A stretch of DNA of 64,000 bases from an uncultured Candidatus Saccharibacteria bacterium (GTDB lineage: Bacteria; Patescibacteriota; Doudnabacteria; UBA920): NCBI GenBank assembly GCA_964532425.1, contig CAZHIA010000005.1, forward strand, positions 2,772-66,771, read 5' to 3'. Under the pieces are notes generated by a model that did not search any database, was not told where the DNA came from, and was given only the letters and a program-made list of their open reading frames with translations. Made by a program: the position numbers and the translations under genes. Shown here in pieces: positions 27,463 through 36,993 of the stretch (position 1 is the stretch's first letter; each line of letters opens with the position of its first letter).

Positions 27463-28247
27463 AAAAGCCGCCGTATGTTATCCAGGGCCTGTGTTCGCCA
27501 GTAAATAATGGCGTCTAAACAGGGCGTGGTTTCGGGCGGCTTTGATTGGGCATTCCAGCCAAGTGAGGTCTTCCAGGAGGCGTCTCGCAGGAATTTCCCC
27601 ATGCTCGGGAGGATGTCGGCCTACGCCGACGTGTTATCGAGGGTTCTCGTCCTTTTAGGACTATGCTAGCCCGCCTTCGGGCGGACTGCACTGCACACGC
27701 GACAGGATTTGATAAAGGACTGCTAAAAATTTATAATCGCGTGCAAGAAGGAAACCCTGACTACACCGCGTCGCGAGGTTTTCTTCGCAACACTTGTATA
27801 CCCTCCTTTACATTCGAGCCTTACTACCCCAGCCCCGTCGCGGCGTATCATGGGGCGCATACCGCTTCGGCTCAAAGCGGCTCGGGTAATATAATCTGCA
27901 CCACTCCGGGTGCCCGGTCGACCAGCACAGTGCCGGTCTTCAACGCGCGGGCCGGGGTACTCTCCAGCCGGCCCGCTGCGTGTCGCGGCCGCATCATTGG
28001 CGGAGCTGTCTGTCGGTGTTTTGGTCTGGCCTACATTTTTGGCTCGATTCCAATAACCGGCACGGCGGCGGAAGCAGCAGGCGTAAGCGCCTGCGCGGCG
28101 ATAAAGCCGCCGAATGTCCGCGCGTCTGGCCGCGGGGCGCACGCTGGCGATGAATGAACGATAAGCCGAGCGTACGCATACTTGTTTCAACGTGTATAAT
28201 CACCCGACCTCTGCCGGGCGGTCACTCCGGCCGAAACCAGCGTGACC
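27463..28247 (-). ncRNA. candidate large structured RNA of about 780 nt
   Basis: TTGACA-N17-TATATT promoter (28280-28252), dense GC-rich hairpins, no SD-supported long ORF, closes with AAAGCCGCC/GGCGGCUUUU. Confidence 0.65.
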
Positions 28248-28515
28248 AAACAATATACTCCTTTTGGGGGATTTTGTCAAGAGTAAAGTAGAAATAGTAT
28301 TCTCGAATATAACTAATACAGCACAAATCTACCAATATTTGTTGGCCATCTAAGTCACGTAGGATGGTGTGCAGTATTGGTATATTTTGCGCTTGATTCG
28401 TTCCGCCAGCTGGCGGATTAGAGAATACTAAATATAAAAGCCGCTGGATGCATCTTGCACCAGCGGCGTCACGAACAATCAGACGATGATAAGATGGTAG
28501 TCCTCCTTGACTACT

Positions 28516-29361
28516 TTAAAGCGACTCGGCGCCGGCAACTACAAACTTGCCGGTATCGTTCTTCTTCATGGTTACTCGGATCTTGAATCCGTTGAAGGTC
28601 AGCGCCTGGCTGCCGCCGCCGACATCTTCAATCTTGTTCGGCATGCCGCAGCGAGCCATAACCTGCTCGCTATTCAAGCCCATCAGGCTCATGAGCGAGC
28701 ACCCGGTAGTTTGATCCGGACTAACCGCTGCAACTGCGACTGCGACTGGAGTAGCGTTGCTTACCGGCTTCTTAAATCCCGACACTGGTTCGATCACTTC
28801 ACTCATCTTTGCCCAGACTTCATCGGGAGTTGCTTTTTCCAAATACCCCGGGGGGAACTTGAAATGGATTTGCGAGGCCAGAAGCTTTTCCTGATCGTGG
28901 TGATCCATGCGGGTGACCGCCGAAGAGACCGTTACCCGGACCGTAGTCGCGTCCTTGACCACGAGTTCGCGGATTACCACGGTTTCTCCTGGCCGAAACG
29001 CGGTTGCGCCGGTGCGGACTGCTTTCAACCCGGTCATGGCCGAGTTCTTCAGCATGCTGCCAAACCCGGACTTCTTAGCAGGTGCAGTCGGGTCGGAGAG
29101 GGCAATTTGCCCTTCATAGTACCAGCACTGCGGCGCACTGCCGATGTCGTTCATCAGCAGGTCGCTGGCCGGGACCTGCGCGGCTTTGATCAGGAACGTT
29201 GTCCCTGTCATAGCCTTGGTCGTCGGGTTAACCATGGCGACCGAAGCTGACATTTTTTCTTCGAGCCCCGTTTGCCACGGTTCTTTTTCCGCCCGCGCGT
29301 AGCCGGCGGGAATGACAACTGACGCAATTCCAATCACTGCCGCAAACAATTTCGTCGTCAT
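28516..29361 (-). CDS. secreted hypothetical protein
   Basis: Signal peptide (…AGYARA), SD GAGGA, TTGACA-N17-TATAAT at 29445-29417. Confidence 0.75.
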   Translation of the reverse strand: MTTKLFAAVIGIASVVIPAGYARAEKEPWQTGLEEKMSASVAMVNPTTKAMTGTTFLIKAAQVPASDLLMNDIGSAPQCWYYEGQIALSDPTAPAKKSGFGSMLKNSAMTGLKAVRTGATAFRPGETVVIRELVVKDATTVRVTVSSAVTRMDHHDQEKLLASQIHFKFPPGYLEKATPDEVWAKMSEVIEPVSGFKKPVSNATPVAVAVAAVSPDQTTGCSLMSLMGLNSEQVMARCGMPNKIEDVGGGSQALTFNGFKIRVTMKKNDTGKFVVAGAESL

Positions 29362-29569
29362 CTGAGTATCCTCTTTTCCCTTTTGAAATTCCGGCTACGC
29401 CGGTATTGCTGACCACATTATACTCTTAAAAGACGTTTTTGTCAAGGGAAACTGGCACTTATTGCTGTTTTTTCGCTTAGTTATAAAATAATCATCGTGA
29501 CGAATAACTGTGGAAAACATGCTTGATTTTGGTTAATAATATTGTTATAATGTTTTTGGTTCTTCAAAC

Positions 29570-29834
29570 GAAACCCCTGCACCAGTCATCCGCAAGGATT
29601 CCGGTACAGGGCAGAGCTGGTTACCACCCAGGGAGTTTGAAACAAATATATAGTCTGGATGTTTCTAGAGGACATCCAGATGAAAAGTCCAGCTCTTTCT
29701 TAGAAAGAGCGGGAGAACTGGGACGGAAACGTCTTTGGTTCGTAGGTCCGCTTCGGCGGATCCGAAGCCAAGACCCCAGGGTCGGTCCACCGCTTTGCCA
29801 ACACGGCAGCGCGGGGATCCAACCCTGGGGTTTT
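29570..29834 (+). ncRNA. candidate structured RNA or leader upstream of the ORF-thrS unit
   Basis: TTGATT-N17-TATAAT at 29523-29551; several hairpins with GCAA, GAAA and UUCG loops; ends in a long stem plus UUUU. Confidence 0.6.
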
Positions 29835-29888
29835 GTGTAATTCAAGAGATATTTACTCGCAATTTCGAATTACGCATTACGAATTTTT

Positions 29889-30611
29889 ATGAAATATGAA
29901 TTACGCGGGGATGAAGTGCTTAATGAATTAGCCGAGCGCGCTAAAGCCCGGGCGGAGTATTTAAAAGGATTGGAATTCCGTCATCCTTCGTACGAAAAGC
30001 AGAAACTGGAGACGTTATTCGGTTTCCGCGAACAAATTTTGAAATTTTTAGAGCAATTTTACGGGACGCTCTATGTCAGGTATAAGAAGAATGATGCGGA
30101 TTTGGAACTTGATGTCTCCCAGCCAGATGTCGGGCAATATCTGGATCCCCTGCTCCAAAGAGTCGAACAGATGCTCGACCAGACCGGATTCTTCCCTCAC
30201 AAATTTTCAACTATGCCGGGGTCGGGTCACGGGGACAAGCTGGTAATTTCAAAGATTGACTCAATCTATTACCAGACCGCCGAAGGGATCACGTTCCGGC
30301 TGCGCAAGGCCAGTGCGTATGAATCAGGAAGATTGAGGGAAATGGTTCAGCCACTGTTCGAAAAGGCCGTTTTCCAAAATGACAATCGAGATTCCAGCGA
30401 GCAGCCACAGCTCGGATATCGGGTTTACGAAGCATCTACTACGGATTTTTTTGACCTGCAACAGGCATTTCGTAAAACCGGCAGATCCGTAAAATATTTT
30501 TCTCCTTTGCGGCTTTACTATGACAAAGGCAAGCTGGCAACTATTGACGCGGACAATCCGCAGAAATTAGAGATACATACGGGAGATATGGTCAATAAGA
30601 TATACAATTAA
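29889..30611 (+). CDS. hypothetical protein
   Basis: 240-aa ORF. Confidence 0.7.
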   Translation: MKYELRGDEVLNELAERAKARAEYLKGLEFRHPSYEKQKLETLFGFREQILKFLEQFYGTLYVRYKKNDADLELDVSQPDVGQYLDPLLQRVEQMLDQTGFFPHKFSTMPGSGHGDKLVISKIDSIYYQTAEGITFRLRKASAYESGRLREMVQPLFEKAVFQNDNRDSSEQPQLGYRVYEASTTDFFDLQQAFRKTGRSVKYFSPLRLYYDKGKLATIDADNPQKLEIHTGDMVNKIYN

Positions 30612-30684
30612 ATACAATTTTGGATTGCGGATTGGGTTTCAATTCGTAATGCGTAATCCGCAATTGTCAGTAATAAATACTACC

Positions 30685-32520
30685 ATGGATAAATCTGAAA
30701 AATTACATAATATCCGCCACTCGCTCGCCCATATCCTGGCTAGCGCGGTGCTCGAGATGTTCCCAAAAGCCCAGCTCGGCGTGGGTCCGGTTATTGAGAA
30801 TGGTTTTTACTATGATTTTTTGCTCCCCCGCGCCCTGACCCCGGAAGACATCAGCAAACTCGAAAAGCGCATGCGCGCCTTAGTCCAATCCAAACTGCCC
30901 TTTGAGCGCAGCGAAATGCTGGCTCAGGAAGCCAAGGCATTTTTTAAAGCAGCCGGCCAGCCGTTTAAGGTGGAATTGGTGGAGGATATTGAAAAGTATG
31001 GAACCACCAAGGCTGATGAAATTTTAAACAATGAAAAGGCTGCTGTAGGGGCGGCCAATGGCCGCCCGCAAGGCGAGAAAGAAAAAATTTCTCTTTATAA
31101 AACCGGCAAGTTCATCGACCTCTGCCGCGGCGGGCACGTGGACAACACCTCACATATCAAGACTGATGCATTTAAGCTCGACAAAATCTCTGGAGCCTAT
31201 TGGCGCGGTGACCAGAAGAATCCTCAAATGCAGCGCATTTACGGCATCGCGTTCGAAACCAAGCAAGAGCTCGAGGGCTACATCAAGCTGCAGGAAGAAA
31301 TCGCCAAGCGCGACCACCGCATTCTAGGGCCTAAGCTCGGGCTGTTCCTCTTCCACGAGCTTTCTCCCGGCATCCCTTTTTACCAGCCCAAGGGTATGAT
31401 CGTGCGCAATGAGCTGGAGAAATTCGTGCGTGAGTATTCATATGGTACCGGTTATCAGGAAGTCAAATTGCCACAGATGTTCGATGCGGACCTCTGGAAG
31501 ACCTCGGGACATTGGGACCATTATAAAGACGATATGTTCGTATTCAAAGTAGAAGGCCGTGATTTTGCCCTAAAACCCATGAACTGTCCCGGACACTTCA
31601 CGCTATTCAAGCAGGGGTTGTACAGTTATCGCGACCTGCCGGTCCGCTTTGCCGAAATGACGACCTTATTCCGCAATGAGCTGTCCGGAGCGTTGTCCGG
31701 ACTCACCCGCGTCCGCGGATTTGCCCAAGATGATTGCCATATTTTCCTTTCGCCTGATCAGATCAGCGACGAGGTGGCCGATCTGCTCAAGCGCATTAAA
31801 AAGATCTATTCCGTCTTCGGCATGAAGATTGAAGATGTCTATCTGTCCACCATGCCGGAAAAGGCGCTTGGTACGGAAGAGGAGTGGAAGCAGGCCGAAG
31901 CTGCCTTGGCCAGCGCCTTGAAAAAAGCGAAGTGGGACTTCCAAATCAACCCTGGCGACGGCGCGTTCTACGGGCCGAAGATCGACATGCAGATTAAGGA
32001 TGTACTCGGCAGAAAGTGGCAGCTAGCCACGGTCCAGCTTGATTTCCAAATGCCCAGAAGATTCCAACTGGAATACGTGGCACAGGATGGTACCCGAAAG
32101 ATGCCTGTAGTCATCCATCGCGCGCTCATTGGTTCGTTCGAGCGATTCTTCGCTATTCTCATTGAACACTATGGCGGAGCTTTCCCGCTCTGGCTCTCCC
32201 CTGTCCAGGTTGCCGTGCTGCCGATATCCAAAAAACAGAATAAGTACGCACGTGATGTGGTAAAGATGTTAACTGTAAGGACAGGTCGCGACCTGTCCCT
32301 ACCGGACCTGCGGATAGAAGTAGATGACCGCGATGAATCCATTGGCAAAAAGATCCGCGAAGCGACTATGCAAAAAATACCATACCAGTTGATTTTGGGC
32401 GAAAAGGAAATGAAGTCCAAGAAAATTACCGTGCGCACACGCGAAGGCAAGGACCTGGGAGCGGTACCAATAAAGAAGTTTGTGCTGAAATTGCAGGAAC
32501 AACTGGCAAAAAAGAAATAA
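30685..32520 (+). CDS. thrS: threonyl-tRNA synthetase
   Basis: RHSLAH, DLCRGGH, RDHR, KPMNCP, GAFYGPKID. Confidence 0.98.
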   Translation: MDKSEKLHNIRHSLAHILASAVLEMFPKAQLGVGPVIENGFYYDFLLPRALTPEDISKLEKRMRALVQSKLPFERSEMLAQEAKAFFKAAGQPFKVELVEDIEKYGTTKADEILNNEKAAVGAANGRPQGEKEKISLYKTGKFIDLCRGGHVDNTSHIKTDAFKLDKISGAYWRGDQKNPQMQRIYGIAFETKQELEGYIKLQEEIAKRDHRILGPKLGLFLFHELSPGIPFYQPKGMIVRNELEKFVREYSYGTGYQEVKLPQMFDADLWKTSGHWDHYKDDMFVFKVEGRDFALKPMNCPGHFTLFKQGLYSYRDLPVRFAEMTTLFRNELSGALSGLTRVRGFAQDDCHIFLSPDQISDEVADLLKRIKKIYSVFGMKIEDVYLSTMPEKALGTEEEWKQAEAALASALKKAKWDFQINPGDGAFYGPKIDMQIKDVLGRKWQLATVQLDFQMPRRFQLEYVAQDGTRKMPVVIHRALIGSFERFFAILIEHYGGAFPLWLSPVQVAVLPISKKQNKYARDVVKMLTVRTGRDLSLPDLRIEVDDRDESIGKKIREATMQKIPYQLILGEKEMKSKKITVRTREGKDLGAVPIKKFVLKLQEQLAKKK

Positions 32521-32613
32521 GCAGGCTCCCGGTACTATAAACAGAATAGGACAAATTTAAAATCCGCCCCGTGTTTGTCATCTTGGCACGGGGCGGTTTT
32601 GTATGGCGGGTCT

Positions 32614-33318
32614 TTATACCCGCAGTAGATGTATTGCATGGCGTAAGGCTCTTCCGCAGAGCAACTCAATGTTTTCCTGGCAGGCCGTTAGGGTGTTGTC
32701 GATCCGGTAGTACGTGTTACTCAATTGCTCGTCAAGAGTGCCGGGTTTTGCCAAACCGCGCTCAATGCGATGGATTCGTCGACCAACTATAAAATATAAG
32801 ACCCCTGCAATGGCTGAGAGAATTAGCAGGCCCAGGCTCCAATCCGATCGGGCTAAATTCATGAAATCGAAGCGGTCGGTATATTTGACCGGTGTTTCTG
32901 AGGATTCCGGCCTTGTTCGTTGTGCTGTCGGCGCGCTACGCTCATCGGTTGGCGGTTCAGATGGTACGGCTGTTGTCACTCCAGTCAACCCGGCCCGAAT
33001 GGGAGGGTTTACGCTACTATTCTGTTTACCCGTCCGCGTTCTCAGCAGTGAGTTTGGAACCAATACCTTGGTGCCAACAGGCAGTTTCGTATAGCTTTCA
33101 GGAAGAAAGTGCCGGTGAGTGGCAGCGTTCAGGAACAACCGAAAGTTCAACGGGTTGCCGGTCATCTGCTCGGCCATTGACCATAAGGTTGAATTCTGAG
33201 ACAGTTCGAATTGCGAAAACTCATTCCCCTGCTCAGAAAACTGAAACAGCTTTCCCTGTGCAAGGTTGAAAAAACCCGCAAACAAAAAAAGGAGCGCACA
33301 CCATAATACATGTTTCAT
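32614..33318 (-). CDS. exported/membrane protein with a degenerate LysM-like segment
   Basis: Signal peptide, STLWSMAEQMTG...LPVGTKVLVP, Pro-rich linker, TM helix. Confidence 0.6.
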   Translation of the reverse strand: MKHVLWCALLFLFAGFFNLAQGKLFQFSEQGNEFSQFELSQNSTLWSMAEQMTGNPLNFRLFLNAATHRHFLPESYTKLPVGTKVLVPNSLLRTRTGKQNSSVNPPIRAGLTGVTTAVPSEPPTDERSAPTAQRTRPESSETPVKYTDRFDFMNLARSDWSLGLLILSAIAGVLYFIVGRRIHRIERGLAKPGTLDEQLSNTYYRIDNTLTACQENIELLCGRALRHAIHLLRV

Positions 33319-33446
33319 AAATCCTCCAGTAAAACGAAAGACTACCGTACCATATCCGGGTAAGCCAGTCAATAGTTTTGTGGAAAAATGGCCTGAACAT
33401 CGTAAAAAAACTGCCAAGCGAACAGCTTGGCAGTTTGTGCTCATGG

Positions 33447-34442
33447 TCAGGCGAGAGTTCGCTCAGTGGCGGCCGGATCTCGTGGCGAATAATGATCCAG
33501 TTTAGGCACTTCCCAGGTTTCCTGCAGGTTCTCATTAGCATATTCCGTACGTACGACGCGCGCGCCGAGGTCGTAGTACTTGGGTATCAGCTTGACGAGT
33601 TCAGTTTTTAGGACAGGTCTTGATTCATCGTCGCAGAAGAAATGAAGGAGCGGTACGCGGTCTCCGGATTTTACATGGAGGCCGATAATAGGAATCTCGG
33701 TCCGCGCTTTCAGTACGGTTTCAACTTCTGAGGCAAGGTTGTTCAATATTTCTTGCTGATCAAGGCTCAAATCGAATGGTGGCGGGGTAACGGTGTATCG
33801 GGGCGGGCGGGCTGCGGACGGCTTGTTACTTCTAAAGCGATCCCAAAAACGATCCCAAAACTCACGCTTGCTCCAGTCGCTATAGGTCATTGCAAGCGCA
33901 GCGACTAGGAGTACAGCTGCTACTATCCAGAACACGATCCACCAGTTTATGGGTGTCGGGGGCCGGGCAAGCGGTTGCGGGCTTTCCGTAGCCGGCGGAG
34001 CGGGTGTCCGCTCAGCGGTAACGCGCGGGAGCGGAACGAAATCCTTGGGAATGTATATGATTTCGCTCGTAAGCTGCAGGTCAGGATTGTAAATGCCGTT
34101 TATCTTAGACAGTCTCTGTGCGCAGTCCGGGTCAGTGTATTTCTGGCGGCAAACATCGCGGATCGACTGGCCAGTCAGGGTATAGGGCTCGGTGCGTACC
34201 AATGATTCGGAAATAGTGATGACGGATCCGGCTGGAATGTGACGATATCGGTTTTTTGGGATGAGTCTGTCTTGGTACTCGACCTTAACTCCAGGATCGC
34301 GCCAATTAGCTGCTTTTCGGGTGACCTTCAAAGCCCAGGCACTGACCGTGTCCCCGGTTCGGATAATTCCTACAAAATCTTTTGCTGATGCCCCTACGGA
34401 ACTGAGCAGGAGGCCCAGTAAGACTAAGGCGGTTTTGACCAC
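33447..34442 (-). CDS. membrane protein with two degenerate LysM-like segments
   Basis: GTG start with AGGAGG SD; IRTGDTVSAWA...IPAGSVITI and GQSIRDVC...INGIYNPD..IYIP; TM helix. Confidence 0.6.
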   Translation of the reverse strand: MVKTALVLLGLLLSSVGASAKDFVGIIRTGDTVSAWALKVTRKAANWRDPGVKVEYQDRLIPKNRYRHIPAGSVITISESLVRTEPYTLTGQSIRDVCRQKYTDPDCAQRLSKINGIYNPDLQLTSEIIYIPKDFVPLPRVTAERTPAPPATESPQPLARPPTPINWWIVFWIVAAVLLVAALAMTYSDWSKREFWDRFWDRFRSNKPSAARPPRYTVTPPPFDLSLDQQEILNNLASEVETVLKARTEIPIIGLHVKSGDRVPLLHFFCDDESRPVLKTELVKLIPKYYDLGARVVRTEYANENLQETWEVPKLDHYSPRDPAATERTLA

Positions 34443-34635
34443 GTCTATTGCCCCTCCTTTGGCATGTATGTATATATGACGAAATAAAAACTCCTTGATT
34501 TCTTGCAAAATCAAGGAAAGGGCGAATTGATTGGAGTTACTCGGCAGATATCAGTTAGCATCACGCGGTAAGCTGCCGTATGACATAAGCCTAATTCCGA
34601 TACGCGCAGCGCAACCGATAAACGATTTCCAATGC

Positions 34636-35397
34636 CTAAGTTAGTACCCTGCTCCCATTCTTCGTAATCGCGACCGTGTGTTCAAAGTGGGCTGCCTGTC
34701 CCCCATCCTGGGTACGGATGGTCCAGCCGTCCTGGTCAAACAACAGAAAATATTCCCCCTGGCAGACCATTGGTTCTATGGCAATTACCATGCCTTCCTG
34801 CAAGACCGGGCCCATAGACTTCGGTCCATAACACGGGACAGCCGGGTCCTCATGGACCGCATAGCCGACGCCGTGGCCGACCAGGTCGCGGACCACGGAA
34901 AATCCTGCAGCTTCGGCAGTCGTCTGGATTGCATGCGCAATGTCGCCGACGCGGTTGCCGGGGCGGCACTGCTTAATGGCTTCATTCAGGCATTTGCGCG
35001 TAGTCTCGACCAGGCGCGCCGTGCTTTTTGGAATACTTCCGACCGGAACCGTTACTGCCGTATCTGTAAAAAGCCCTTTGTACTCCATGCCGATATCCAA
35101 GCTGATAATATCCCCGTTCTTAAGGATCTCGGTGTCTGAAGGGATACCGTGCACAACCACATCATTGACAGAGGTACAGAGGCCAGCCGGATACTGGTTG
35201 CGTTTCGGGCCGTAGTTTTTAAAGCTCGGCCGTCCGCCGATTTGGTAAATTTCTTGTTCGGCAAATTCATTCAATTCAGCCGTGGAAACGCCGGGGGCGA
35301 CCTTTGCCGCAGTCTGCTGCAGGATATCATGAATGAGCCTGCCGCCTTCGGCAATCAATTCTATTTCTTCCTGGGTTTTAATCATCCCCTGTTTCAT
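34636..35397 (-). CDS. map: methionine aminopeptidase type I
   Basis: SVNDVVVHGIP, GHGVG, HEDP, AIEPM, AHFEHT. Confidence 0.97.
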   Translation of the reverse strand: MKQGMIKTQEEIELIAEGGRLIHDILQQTAAKVAPGVSTAELNEFAEQEIYQIGGRPSFKNYGPKRNQYPAGLCTSVNDVVVHGIPSDTEILKNGDIISLDIGMEYKGLFTDTAVTVPVGSIPKSTARLVETTRKCLNEAIKQCRPGNRVGDIAHAIQTTAEAAGFSVVRDLVGHGVGYAVHEDPAVPCYGPKSMGPVLQEGMVIAIEPMVCQGEYFLLFDQDGWTIRTQDGGQAAHFEHTVAITKNGSRVLT

Positions 35398-35469
35398 GAA
35401 AAGAAATTAAATATCGTAAAATATCTTATTCTTGTATAACGAACGATCGTTCGTTATACAAGAATTGGT

Positions 35470-36288
35470 TTATGTGAATTTTGAAATAAATTCCACTATC
35501 CGTTTTCTGACCTCATCACGGCTGCCAAGACCGGAAATTTGTTTGAACGGGTATTTGGCCTTGAAGAATTTTAACACCCCGGCGATGTTCTTGTGATAAT
35601 ATTTTACACGGTTTTTCAAAGCCGCTTCGTTGTCGTCTGCGCGCTTGCTAAATTTTCCCTTGAAATATTCAACGCGGTTCCTCATTCGTTTGCAAGTCTC
35701 TGCCATCGGTATGCTGAGGTAGATGAGGATACAGCGATCTCTTCCTTGCTCCTTGAGCCAGCGGTAAATAAGTTGTGCTTCTCCGATCTGTTTGGGGTTG
35801 CCGTCAAACAGGATTCCTTTGCTCTTGGGAGTGGTGAAGATCTTTTGCTGAAAAATCTTTCTCACAATTTCTGTTTGGGTAACATGCCCTTTGTTGTAGG
35901 TCTTCTCCATCAGCTTCCGCATTTTTGGGTCGCGGGCTTGTAACTGCCGCAGTTCCTTCCCCATGTCGAGATCGTAGAGCGGGTATTTTTTCACAAGATA
36001 AGCCGCTTGCGTAGCTTTGCCGGCAGCCGGATCTCCGAGCAGGATAATGTTGAGCGGACCCTGCATGACATTGGCAGTCTTAGCAGTATGAACCTTCTTT
36101 CTGGGAGTTTTGGGTTTTGGGGTGACCTTATTCGGCTGCGCAGGTTTTTTGGCAATTGGCGGTTTGTCTTGGATGTTGACAACCGGCTTTGGTTTTTGTT
36201 CTTTCTGGGGACGCAATAAAGCCGTCTGGGCAGCGCGGCGCAAGGTGGTGCGAAGTTCTTTGATGTCGGAAGGCTTCATTTTATCCAT
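35470..36288 (-). CDS. adenylate kinase family protein with basic N-terminal extension
   Basis: LLGDPAAGKATQA, FDGNPK, RADD. Confidence 0.8.
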   Translation of the reverse strand: MDKMKPSDIKELRTTLRRAAQTALLRPQKEQKPKPVVNIQDKPPIAKKPAQPNKVTPKPKTPRKKVHTAKTANVMQGPLNIILLGDPAAGKATQAAYLVKKYPLYDLDMGKELRQLQARDPKMRKLMEKTYNKGHVTQTEIVRKIFQQKIFTTPKSKGILFDGNPKQIGEAQLIYRWLKEQGRDRCILIYLSIPMAETCKRMRNRVEYFKGKFSKRADDNEAALKNRVKYYHKNIAGVLKFFKAKYPFKQISGLGSRDEVRKRIVEFISKFT

Positions 36289-36290
36289 GG

Positions 36291-36857
36291 TTATAGTTCC
36301 AAGGCTTGGTTAATTTTTGTCGTTACTTCTTCAATGGATGGTGTGCCGTCTATTTCAATAAGGCGGGAATGCTGGCGCAAGAAATCCAAAACCGGAACCG
36401 TGTCCTTCTCGTACTGCTCCAGCCTGAATTGGATTTTTTCCGGCGTGTCATCGGCGCGGCCTTCTATCTCCGCGCGTTTCATGAGACGGTTCATACTTTC
36501 CTCTTTGGGCAGGCTTACGTAGAGCGTTACAATGTCGCTGCGGTTTTGGTCTTTCAGCGCACCCGTTAAAAATTCCGCCTGGGACAGTCTCCGTGGTATC
36601 CCGTCAAAAATAATCCCTTGGTCACCGGGAATGGCTGCGAGCTTGTCTTTGACCAGTTCCATCATCATATGGTCCGGCACCAAAGTGCCCTGGTCGATGA
36701 GCTCGGTAATTTTCTTGGCGATTTCCGTTTGTTCATTGCGGAGGTTGCGGAAGATGCCGCCCATTTCCCAATAAAAATAATTCAATTTTTGGGCAAGGAT
36801 CTTGGCCTGCGTGCCTTTGCCGCTGCCTTGGGGGCCGATGAATATGATGGCGTCCAT
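36291..36857 (-). CDS. adk: adenylate kinase (short LID)
   Basis: GPQGSGKGTQA, FDGIPR, GRADD. Confidence 0.9.
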   Translation of the reverse strand: MDAIIFIGPQGSGKGTQAKILAQKLNYFYWEMGGIFRNLRNEQTEIAKKITELIDQGTLVPDHMMMELVKDKLAAIPGDQGIIFDGIPRRLSQAEFLTGALKDQNRSDIVTLYVSLPKEESMNRLMKRAEIEGRADDTPEKIQFRLEQYEKDTVPVLDFLRQHSRLIEIDGTPSIEEVTTKINQALEL

Positions 36858-36993
36858 GGTTATATCACAGATTAACGCTGATTAGAAACTGATGAACACG
36901 GATAATTTTTGTGTTCGAGTACATTTATTGTACAAAAAATAAGCGAAAAAGAAAAGAGAACGGCCGGTATGCCGTTCTGTGATGCCCGCGGAG

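Noticed and set aside
27655-27670. Group I intron S element (CAUAGUCC)
   Set aside because: No matching R element for P7 on that strand and no interrupted host gene.
27663-28190. ORFs of 164 aa (+) and 155 aa (-)
   Set aside because: No SD; low-complexity Arg/Ala/Pro/Gly composition typical of GC-rich structured DNA.
29678-29696. RNase P RNA (GATGAAAAGTCCAGCTC resembles GAGGAAAGUCC)
   Set aside because: No 3' ACAGAA..CGGCUUA partner for P4 was found.
29713-29735. T-box antiterminator before thrS
   Set aside because: Lacks UGGNACC; the sequence folds as a GAAA-tetraloop hairpin.
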